The translations under genes were made by a program, and so were the position numbers. A DNA stretch of 64,000 nucleotides. Origin: a virus. Its lineage: Duplodnaviria > Caudoviricetes. The stretch's first letter is position 1; each line of letters starts with the position of its first letter. The notes below the pieces were generated by a model that saw nothing but the letters and a program-made list of their open reading frames with translations, did no database searches and was not told the DNA's origin. The DNA lies in the IMG/VR virus record IMGVR_UViG_3300037471_000583, positions 396 through 64,395 of that record. The stretch is one strand, 5' to 3'. Shown here in pieces: positions 35,042 to 42,649 of this stretch.

Positions 35042-35115
35042 CGCGGGTAAGAGCGCCGGTGCGCTCCTCAGTCTCATAATCTGAACTAGGCCGTTCGACT
35101 CGGCGCCCGCAACCA
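35042..35115 (+). tRNA. Degenerate tRNA-Met(CAT), initiator-like
   Basis: Acceptor CGCGGGT/GCCCGCA with C1:A72 mismatch; D-stem GAGC/GCTC; loop CTCATAA; TTCGACT T-loop; encoded ACCA 3' end. Confidence 0.8.
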
Positions 35116-35388
35116 ATTCCCTGCCGCTGAAACGGGATACGATCCTCGCTTCTCGGATGACCAGCGGTGGGGAAAACGGGTGAAGGCTCGCTCCCCATAG
35201 CAGTCACGACAAGCGGGCGCTAAATCGTGTGCCGAGCGACACCAGAGGCAATGACAGGTGTCACGAAGAGCGGCCGACATAGAGACTTTCTGCTAAAGGC
35301 CGTCTCCATGACGGTAGACGCCCTCGATGGCCATATAGTTCCTGCATCTATTCTTTTCGCCCGTCATCCTCACAGGTGGCGGGCTTTT
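35116..35388 (+). ncRNA. Multi-hairpin non-coding segment ending in a terminator
   Basis: Stems CCGCTG/CAGCGG, TGGGGA/TCCCCA, GACACC/GGTGTC, CGGCC/GGCCG; terminator GCCCGTCA..TGGCGGGC-TTTT at 35359-35388. Confidence 0.4.
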
Positions 35389-35433
35389 CGCATCCGCGCC
35401 CGGCGGTACCGGGCCAATCAAAGGAGAAGACGC

Positions 35434-35646
35434 ATGAGCGTACGAGCAAAGTTTCAATGCAGCGGCAAGGAAGGCAACACGGTTTTCCTGAACACCGTCT
35501 GGTCAGAAGACGTGCAGTCCGAAGATGGCCGGTTCACGAAGGCGACGCCATGGGGCGAGCTTCGAATGACCGTCGACAATCCGAACGCCGCAATCCAGTT
35601 CGAGCCCGGCAAGGCGTATTATCTCGACTTCACGCCAGCCGCATAA
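35434..35646 (+). CDS. Conserved small phage protein
   Basis: MSVRAKFQC..FTKATPWGEL.MTVDNP..QFEPGK.YYLDF; strong RBS. Confidence 0.8.
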   Translation: MSVRAKFQCSGKEGNTVFLNTVWSEDVQSEDGRFTKATPWGELRMTVDNPNAAIQFEPGKAYYLDFTPAA

Positions 35647-35677
35647 TTCAAGGTCGTAATTACGGCCACGCTTCACA

Positions 35678-35704
35678 GCCCGTCGCCACAAGCGGCGGGT
35701 TTTC
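35678..35704 (+). terminator. Rho-independent terminator
   Basis: GCCCGTCGC-CACAA-GCGGCGGGT followed by a short T tract. Confidence 0.55.
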
Positions 35705-35969
35705 CATTTCACTAGCGAGTGACAGCGATGCACGATCCCGACGGCAACGTAACGATGCGCTATGCCTCCCATCTTCACATGTGCAATTTCGTCAACGTCG
35801 CTGAACGCCATTGCCGGATTGTCTATGTGCGCTGGAAACGGCCTGCAGTTGTGCCGAGCATATTCACGCCGCTATGGGCCTCAGCTCTGGCTCATCAATA
35901 TCAGAATTTACGCGTCATCTTGGCTGGCACTGCCGCCGAGCGGATGGTGCCGCCGCACGGTGTGATGCT

Positions 35970-36218
35970 GTGACCCGCCCCATCTGGCTGCCGCCTTTCG
36001 CGCTCGGTGCCGCGCTGATCCTATGCGCATGGCTGAGCGCTGCAAGGGCCGCGGTACACACCGACAATCCAACCATCGCCATTCGGCCAGATCCGGCCAC
36101 CAGCGAGCAGATGCCAAAACCGCGGTGCATGAGGACGCGGCCCACGATCATCTTTCTACGCATGCCCGACGGTCGATTGCTGCTGATGGGTATCGTAGAG
36201 CGGATGGCGCCGTGCTGA
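35970..36218 (+). CDS. Small exported/membrane protein
   Basis: GTG start; hydrophobic N-terminus PFALGAALILCAWLSAARA. Confidence 0.5.
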   Translation: MTRPIWLPPFALGAALILCAWLSAARAAVHTDNPTIAIRPDPATSEQMPKPRCMRTRPTIIFLRMPDGRLLLMGIVERMAPC

Positions 36219-36266
36219 TGTCTAGACCTGGATGGTTCGGGCCGATGTGGGGAAACCCGAGGCCAA

Positions 36267-36542
36267 TCAGAGACCGCACAGACGAACAAGATCAGCATTC
36301 AGTCGAGACTGCCAACCTTCGCCAGAAGCGCGGTAATGGGCAAGGACGCGAGGATCCAGGCGAAGGGTTATCAACTCTTTCGCATGCTCCTTCCGCGGGC
36401 GACCGCCCTTTGATCGGGAAGCGGGCTCCTCGCTGCTGATCTGCGGTGATGGTTCGGGCGTCTTGGCGATTGCCTTTGCCTCTCGCTTCGGTGGGGCAAC
36501 ATTGACTTTCGCACTCGCCTGGAATTGGCGCGCTATGCTCAT
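36267..36542 (-). CDS. brnA: BrnA-family antitoxin (no cognate toxin visible)
   Basis: GGRPRK..KELITLRLDPRVLAHYRASGEGWQSRLNADL. Confidence 0.85.
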   Translation of the reverse strand: MSIARQFQASAKVNVAPPKREAKAIAKTPEPSPQISSEEPASRSKGGRPRKEHAKELITLRLDPRVLAHYRASGEGWQSRLNADLVRLCGL

Positions 36543-36561
36543 GGCCGTCTCTCTAAGTTAA

Positions 36562-36595
36562 CGTAGTACGGAAACTAATATCGTAGTACGGAAAC
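36562..36595. repeat. 14-bp direct repeat over the brnA promoter
   Basis: CGTAGTACGGAAAC at 36562 and 36582, each containing the palindrome CGTA-G-TACG. Minus-strand TTGAAT-17-TATTAG overlaps them. Confidence 0.8.
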
Positions 36596-36684
36596 CTATT
36601 CAATCGCCAAATCTGGAGCAAACCATCACGTCTCTTGGACTTGCCGGTCGGATATGGCCTTCGTCTAAACTAGATGGAAAATAG

Positions 36685-37053
36685 ATGGCGACTGGGAAAA
36701 AGACCGGTGGCCGCGCGAAGGGCACCCCGAACAAGGCCACAGCGCGCCGTGAGAAGGAAATCGCCAAGTCAGGCGTCACACCGCTCGACTACATGTTGAA
36801 GGTCATGAGGGACAGCCGGGCGGACAAATCACGCCGGGATGACATGGCAAAAGCCGCCGCGCCATACGTGCACCCGAAGCTTGCCGCCCACCAGCATACC
36901 GGGGCCAAGGGTGGACCGATACAAACCATTGATCTTACGAACATGAGCCCTGATGACCTCGACCGACTCGAAGCTCTCTTCGGTCCGCTTGCCGGTGGAT
37001 CCGGCGACGATGATGAGGGCGATCCGGGCAGAGAAGGCGAGGCGCGCGGCTGA
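36685..37053 (+). CDS. terS: Terminase small subunit
   Basis: KTGGR.KGTPNK, TPLDYML, AKAAAPYVHPKL; directly before terL. Confidence 0.85.
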   Translation: MATGKKTGGRAKGTPNKATARREKEIAKSGVTPLDYMLKVMRDSRADKSRRDDMAKAAAPYVHPKLAAHQHTGAKGGPIQTIDLTNMSPDDLDRLEALFGPLAGGSGDDDEGDPGREGEARG

Positions 37054-38482
37054 GGCCGAAAGGCAGCGGGTTGCCAAAGATGCCGAGCGCATCAGGGCGC
37101 GGTGCCAGACGCTTGCCGGATTTGTCCGTGAAGCCTGGCACGTGCTGGAGCCGACGGCCAAGTACCGGCACAATTGGCATATCGATGCCATTTGCCAGCA
37201 TCTCGAGGCAGTAACGGACGGCAAGATCAACCGGCTGTTGATCAACGTCCCGCCTGGATCATCGAAGTCATTGCTGGTCTCGGTCATGTGGCAGGCATGG
37301 GAATGGGGACCGCGTGGAAAGCGGTCGACCCGGTACCTGACTACATCGTTCAACGATGGACCGGTCAAGCGCGACACCCGCAAATGCCGCGACCTGATGC
37401 TGTCGGAATGGTATCGGTCGCTGTGGCCCGAGGTGGTGCTGGACCGCACTGGTGAGACATCATTCTCTAACACGTCGACCGGAACTCGCGAGGGCGTGCC
37501 GTTTGGGTCGCTTACGTCACAACGCGGTGACAGGCTGGTAATCGACGATCCGCATTCGACCGAGACCGCAGAGAGTGCGGCCGATCGTCTGGCGACGACC
37601 CGCAAGTTTCGTGAGGGCGCGCAGAACCGCCTCAACGATCAGGAGGCGTCTGCCATCGTCGTCATCATGCAGCGTTTGCATGAGGAAGACGTTTCCGGCG
37701 TCATCGCCAAGGTCGGGATGGAATATGTCCATCTGATGCTGCCGATGGAATTCGAGCCGGAGCGGGCATGTGAGACCGAGATCGGTTTTCGCGACCCGCG
37801 TCAGGCAGAAGGCGAATTGCTGGACCCGATCCGGTTTCCCAGGGATACCGTCGAGAAACTTAAGCGCGACATGGGCACCTATGCCTATGCCGGGCAGTAT
37901 CAGCAGCGGCCGGCACCAAGAGCGGGCGGCATGTTCCAGCGCGGCGATTTCGAGATCGTCGATGCTGTGCCAGCCGGTGGTAAGCGCTGCCGGGCATGGG
38001 ACTTCGCTGCATCAAAAGAAAAGCCGGGCAAGCAGCCGGATTGGACCGTTGGGCTCCGGATGCTCTATGTGGGCGGCGTCTTTTATGTCGAGGCTGTGGA
38101 GCGTGGACGGTGGTCTCCAAGCGAGGTCGAGAAGACGCTGAAGAACACCGCAAGCCAGGATGGCACCGACATCGTCATCCGGATGCCGCAGGATCCAGGT
38201 GCGGCCGGCAAAGCAGATGCTGAAACGAAGATCAAATTGCTCGCCGGCTACAGCCTGAAGGTTGAGACGGTGAGCGGCGAGAAAACACTTCGCGCAACGC
38301 CTGCCGCAGCGCAGGCAGAAGCAGGAAACGTGAAATTGCTACGAGGTAGTTGGAATGATGCATTTCTGGATGAGGTCTGCACATTCCCGAATGGGCAGTT
38401 TGACGACCAGGTCGATGCTTTTGCCGACGCCCTCAACCAGCTCGCCTTGGGCTACACCTACGGAATGCTGAGCGTCGTCTGA
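36953..38482 (+). CDS. terL: Terminase large subunit
   Basis: LINVPPGSSKS Walker A, LVIDDPH Walker B, YAGQYQQRP, RAWDFAA, HDD-like FDDQVDA. The start could be at 37010. Confidence 0.93.
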   Translation: MTSTDSKLSSVRLPVDPATMMRAIRAEKARRAAEAERQRVAKDAERIRARCQTLAGFVREAWHVLEPTAKYRHNWHIDAICQHLEAVTDGKINRLLINVPPGSSKSLLVSVMWQAWEWGPRGKRSTRYLTTSFNDGPVKRDTRKCRDLMLSEWYRSLWPEVVLDRTGETSFSNTSTGTREGVPFGSLTSQRGDRLVIDDPHSTETAESAADRLATTRKFREGAQNRLNDQEASAIVVIMQRLHEEDVSGVIAKVGMEYVHLMLPMEFEPERACETEIGFRDPRQAEGELLDPIRFPRDTVEKLKRDMGTYAYAGQYQQRPAPRAGGMFQRGDFEIVDAVPAGGKRCRAWDFAASKEKPGKQPDWTVGLRMLYVGGVFYVEAVERGRWSPSEVEKTLKNTASQDGTDIVIRMPQDPGAAGKADAETKIKLLAGYSLKVETVSGEKTLRATPAAAQAEAGNVKLLRGSWNDAFLDEVCTFPNGQFDDQVDAFADALNQLALGYTYGMLSVV

Positions 38483-40419
38483 TGTGGCTGTTCGATCGCC
38501 TGCAGAATTTCGTCAGCGGCCTTGGTACCGCAAAAGACAAGACTATCGCGAACGCCTATGGCCTGAACCTGATCACGGCTGCCGAACTGAATGCCATGCA
38601 TCGGTCGGATTGGATGGCACGCAAGATCGTCGACATCATCCCCGACGACATGACACGGGAATGGCGGGAATGGAAAGCCGATGAGGCGGTCGTCAGCCAA
38701 ATCGAGGATGTCGAAAAGGATCCGTTGATCAGCCTGCAAGGCAAGGTCAATGAGGCGATGCAGATGGCTAGGCTCCGGGGCGGTGCAGCACTCTATATCG
38801 GCGTGGATGTTGGTCGTCCGGAAGAGGAACTTGTTCTCGACCGCGTCGTCAAAGGTTCGTTGAAATACATCCACGTGCTGAGCCGCGATGAGATCAGCTA
38901 TACAGAGATCAATCGCGACGTGATCTCACCTTACCGGGGCGAGCCGGTCTCCTATCAGGTCTCAGGCGATGGCAGGACGCTCAATATCCATCCGTCGCGG
39001 ATCGTGCGCTTCATCGGCGCGCCAATCCTTGACCGGTATGTGTCCGCGCTCGATTGCTGGGGGGATTCCATCCTGCAAGTGGTCTACGACGCCGTGCAGA
39101 ACGCGGCATCGTCGCAGCAGCATATCGCCGCCCTTATCCCCGAAACGAAGACGGACGTCATCTACATCCCTGGTCTGTCCAAGTTGTTGCAGAATGAGGA
39201 GACCACGAAGCAGCTGACATCCCGCTTCACCTATGCGAACACGATCAAGTCGATGTTCAATATGATCCTGCTCGAGGGCAACGGCGGTTCCGGCCCAAAC
39301 GCAGTCGGGGAGGCGTGGGAGCAGAAGCAGATCAACCTTTCCCAGTTCCCTGAACTGATGAGGCAGTTCCTGCAAGTCGCAGCCGGTGCCGCTGACATCC
39401 CGCTCACACGGTTCCTTGGCGACGCCCCATCAGGCCTTGGTTCGAACGGCGATCATTCGCTGACCAACTATTACGACAACATCTCAGCTCGCCAGCGCAA
39501 CAGCTTGACGCCAATGCTCAGGCGTCCCGACGAGATCATCATCCGATCGGCCACCGGCTCACGCGACCCGGACATCTGGTACGAATGGGCGCCACTCTAT
39601 TCGCAGACCGAAAAGGAGCGGGCAGAGGTTTTCAAGCTCTATGCAGATGGCGCGAGACAGCTTGTCGGTACGGCGTCGGGGCAAGAGATTATCCCCCGCG
39701 AAGCCGTGTCCGATGCTCTCGTCAACCGACTGATCGAGGACGGCAATCTGCCAGGACTCGAGGCCGCAATCGAGGAATACGGCAAGCTTTCCGAACAGGA
39801 ACCAAGCGAGGAAGAACAAGCAGCCGCGCTCGCCGCACAGCAGGTCGTGGAGACGGGTCAGCAGCAAATTCAGGGCAACCGCCAACAAGCGGCTGATGCC
39901 GCTCCACGGACACTCTATGTCTGCCGCAAGGTGCTAAACGCCGACGAGATCATTCGTTGGGCCAAGAGCCAAGGCTTCACGTCCACGCTGTCAGCGGCAG
40001 ACTTGCACACCACGATAACCTACAGCCGGACGCCGGTCGACTGGTTTGCTATGGGCTCGACGTGGGAAGACGAGGTCAAGATACCTCGGGGTGGTGCCCG
40101 CATGGTGGAAAAGCTTGGCGAGGCAACCGTGCTGCTGTTCGCATCGAACATGCTTACCTGGCGGCATCAGGAAATGGTCGAACTCGGAGCGTCGTGGGAT
40201 CATCCCGAATTCCAACCTCACATTTCGATCAGTTACGAGGGCGCGCCGGCCGATCTATCGAAGGTCGAACCCTACCAAGGTGAAATCCTGCTCGGCCCGG
40301 AGTTGTTCGAAGAGATCAAGGACGATTGGCAGGAGACCATTACGGAGGACGGAGGTGCGCCGATAGGCGGCGCCACCTTTCGAGGACGCAAAGCGAAAGC
40401 GCCACGGCGGCGGAAGTAG
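38482..40419 (+). CDS. DUF1073 portal protein fused to an Acb1-like 2H phosphodiesterase
   Basis: Portal motifs WMARKIVD, GDSILQ, AGAADIP.TR..G, NYYD. The C-terminal domain (~39904-40340) has LYV, LHTTITYSR and PHISISY. Confidence 0.9.
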   Translation: MWLFDRLQNFVSGLGTAKDKTIANAYGLNLITAAELNAMHRSDWMARKIVDIIPDDMTREWREWKADEAVVSQIEDVEKDPLISLQGKVNEAMQMARLRGGAALYIGVDVGRPEEELVLDRVVKGSLKYIHVLSRDEISYTEINRDVISPYRGEPVSYQVSGDGRTLNIHPSRIVRFIGAPILDRYVSALDCWGDSILQVVYDAVQNAASSQQHIAALIPETKTDVIYIPGLSKLLQNEETTKQLTSRFTYANTIKSMFNMILLEGNGGSGPNAVGEAWEQKQINLSQFPELMRQFLQVAAGAADIPLTRFLGDAPSGLGSNGDHSLTNYYDNISARQRNSLTPMLRRPDEIIIRSATGSRDPDIWYEWAPLYSQTEKERAEVFKLYADGARQLVGTASGQEIIPREAVSDALVNRLIEDGNLPGLEAAIEEYGKLSEQEPSEEEQAAALAAQQVVETGQQQIQGNRQQAADAAPRTLYVCRKVLNADEIIRWAKSQGFTSTLSAADLHTTITYSRTPVDWFAMGSTWEDEVKIPRGGARMVEKLGEATVLLFASNMLTWRHQEMVELGASWDHPEFQPHISISYEGAPADLSKVEPYQGEILLGPELFEEIKDDWQETITEDGGAPIGGATFRGRKAKAPRRRK

Positions 40420-40882
40420 CCTTGTCCGGTTCGACCCGAGCAAGCATCCTCGCGGAACGGGTGGGCGGTTCATATCGACGGGCGAGCACCTCCGGAATGC
40501 CGCGGGATTGGCCGGTCAGAACGCAGTAAGGCATGTCGAGTTCGCGGCGGTGCGTCGTCCAGCGGAATTGTCCAAATTGGTCGGCGAAGATGTGCGAGGC
40601 TTCAAGCACGCAGCAAGCAATCAGGCGATGCGGCACGCGTTGAGACAACACGGCGACGTGGCGGCAGAAAAATCGCGGGGTCAAAAAGCTCTGACCGAAG
40701 CGGATTTCCAGCGCCTTCCCGCGGTTGTGAAAAACGGCACCTATCATCCGGCTGAGCAACGACCATTCGGGCCGAGGCGGGTCGAGATTCACGCCTCGGT
40801 CGACGAAGACAGATACGTCTACGTCGGCGAGGTTCGGCGCGGTAAGCGCCGTATCGACATGATCACAATGTGGAAGAGGTAG
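40379..40882 (+). CDS. +1-frame extension of the portal: FDPSKHPR motif + PBECR-like ribonuclease domain
   Basis: Frame open from 40367 with no ATG/GTG/TTG before 40508. Reads FEDAKRKRHGGGSSLVRFDPSKHPRGTGGRF..RHALRQHG..EKSRGQKALTEADFQRLP..YVYVGEVRRG..MITMWKR. Confidence 0.7.
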   Translation, partial: FEDAKRKRHGGGSSLVRFDPSKHPRGTGGRFISTGEHLRNAAGLAGQNAVRHVEFAAVRRPAELSKLVGEDVRGFKHAASNQAMRHALRQHGDVAAEKSRGQKALTEADFQRLPAVVKNGTYHPAEQRPFGPRRVEIHASVDEDRYVYVGEVRRGKRRIDMITMWKR

Positions 40883-40943
40883 CCGCCCTGCCTCATGCCC
40901 TGCTTGCGCAGTCCTTGGGCCAACGTCCGAAACAACGGGCGGC
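40882..40943 (+). ncRNA. Compact hairpin directly after the nuclease stop codon
   Basis: GCCGCCC/GGGCGGC closing stem; inner CTGC-TTGC-GCAG and GCCC/GGGC; ACGTCCGAAAC segment; no U tract. Confidence 0.45.
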
Positions 40944-41015
40944 ATGACATCAATATAGTTGAACTCATCGCTTCAATCAAGGCGATAGCCGCTGAGGTCA
41001 AGAGGATCGGATCTG

Positions 41016-42620
41016 ATGGAAATCACCAATGCTGGCGTCGTCCTCACGACCAACAGCGCCGGCCAAACCGTTGAAGCCCAACCGGTCCTGAACCTCGATA
41101 GTCCGTACGTGCTGTCTGGGATCACCCGCAATGCAAAACGGATGCTGTGGGGTCAGGGTATCAGAGCGCCGCAGCAGGAAATCACGGTCTCAAACGGTGA
41201 GGAATATGAGGTTTCCAGGCATTGGTATCTGAGCCCGCCGTGGTGGACCCGCAATCCTCGTCTCGGCTTCGCCAACTGGTATTTGACCAATTCGACATCG
41301 GCACCCGAGGTCAGTGCCAGCAATTCGCAGTTATATCCGTCGGTCTCCTTTCAGGTCGGTCGTGATGGCACCCCGGCGCAGTTGAAGGTCGGAGGCCAAA
41401 GCTCTTTCACAATCGCCGCCGGTAATGGTGCTGTCACCGACACGCCGGCGAATATCATCATCCCGCCCAACACATGGTGTGCGGTCAGGATATGCCGCTA
41501 CAATGCTGCTGGCGCCAAGCGTGTGATCGACAGTTTTGCTAGGGCGCGCGGCGTCAGCATCGGCGATCGTAGCCAAGTGTCTGCCTCGGACATATCTGCC
41601 TCGGTCATGGATGGGACGGACAGTTCCGACTTCACCGCGAACTCGCAATGGGCACCGGGACCGGCGCTGATCGAGGCAGAGGGATGGGACGGTGTCACGC
41701 CGATCGGCCTGATCTTTGGGACCAGCATTGAATACGGTCAGGGCGAGGCGCCCCGCTATCGCGACAAGTATGGCGAAATGGGACCGGTCGGCCGCGGCTT
41801 TGCCAAGCCAGCCCACAATTCGCCGCGCATCCCGAATGTGAACTGGTCGATCCCGGGCGGCTACGCACAGGCCTTTGCCGCAAACGGCTCAACGCTGGCC
41901 AAGCGCAAGGCACTGATTGACGCCCTCGGTCTGAGTTATCTGCCATTCACCTTCATCTACTGCGGCGGCTGGACGAATGACAGCGCGGCGTTTGTGACCT
42001 GGATCACCTACATCGGCAATGTCCATACGGCACTGAAAACTCTGTGGCCGACGGCGAAACTGATCCAGGCAACGATGTGGCCGCGGACGCAATCGTCAGA
42101 CGGCTTCACGACGGTTGCCGGGCAATCGGCGCAAAGTGCATCGTGGACGCTGCTCACCGGTGACGCCTGGAATGTCCGATCATGGATGCTGAACATCCCG
42201 AACACCTTGCCGAACATGGATGTGTGCTTCGACGTGATGGACGCGGCCGACAAGGTGTTCGCCGGCGGTTCACGCGGCAAGTGGTGGCTTGATCTTTCCG
42301 ATCAGTGGTCATCAACACTGCAGGCCGCATGCAATTCAGGTTCGAAGAACATGGTGTCGGCGCTGCTGTTCAATGCCGTTGCCGGAGAGATCATCGGGTT
42401 TACCGGAGGCGCGCCCGAGGCCAATATCGTTGTGTCGACCAGCGGAACGGCATCACCTTTCAGCGCCACGCTCTACAACAACATGGCCACCACCCACAAC
42501 TCGGCTGAGACGATCAAGAAGGCCATCATTTCGGACGGCACGCATCCGAGTGTCGCGCTCAACGACCGTCTTGCCGACGACCTGTTTATCCCGGCTAAAC
42601 GGGCCGGCATTTTCAACTGA
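41016..42620 (+). CDS. SGNH/GDSL-like esterase domain protein
   Basis: IFGTSI (block I), SIPGG, GGWTND (block III), DGTHP (block V). Confidence 0.8.
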   Translation: MEITNAGVVLTTNSAGQTVEAQPVLNLDSPYVLSGITRNAKRMLWGQGIRAPQQEITVSNGEEYEVSRHWYLSPPWWTRNPRLGFANWYLTNSTSAPEVSASNSQLYPSVSFQVGRDGTPAQLKVGGQSSFTIAAGNGAVTDTPANIIIPPNTWCAVRICRYNAAGAKRVIDSFARARGVSIGDRSQVSASDISASVMDGTDSSDFTANSQWAPGPALIEAEGWDGVTPIGLIFGTSIEYGQGEAPRYRDKYGEMGPVGRGFAKPAHNSPRIPNVNWSIPGGYAQAFAANGSTLAKRKALIDALGLSYLPFTFIYCGGWTNDSAAFVTWITYIGNVHTALKTLWPTAKLIQATMWPRTQSSDGFTTVAGQSAQSASWTLLTGDAWNVRSWMLNIPNTLPNMDVCFDVMDAADKVFAGGSRGKWWLDLSDQWSSTLQAACNSGSKNMVSALLFNAVAGEIIGFTGGAPEANIVVSTSGTASPFSATLYNNMATTHNSAETIKKAIISDGTHPSVALNDRLADDLFIPAKRAGIFN

Positions 42621-42649
42621 CCCCGCCGGCATTCCTTTAAGAGGACACC

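Noticed and set aside
40508-40882. Independent gene starting at TTG 40508
   Set aside because: No SD sequence upstream, and it would omit the FDPSKHPR segment that is in the same open frame. Kept only as a fallback explanation.
40882-40943. Hammerhead ribozyme
   Set aside because: CGAAAC is present but the CUGANGA core is not (CTCATG instead), and the three stems cannot be drawn.
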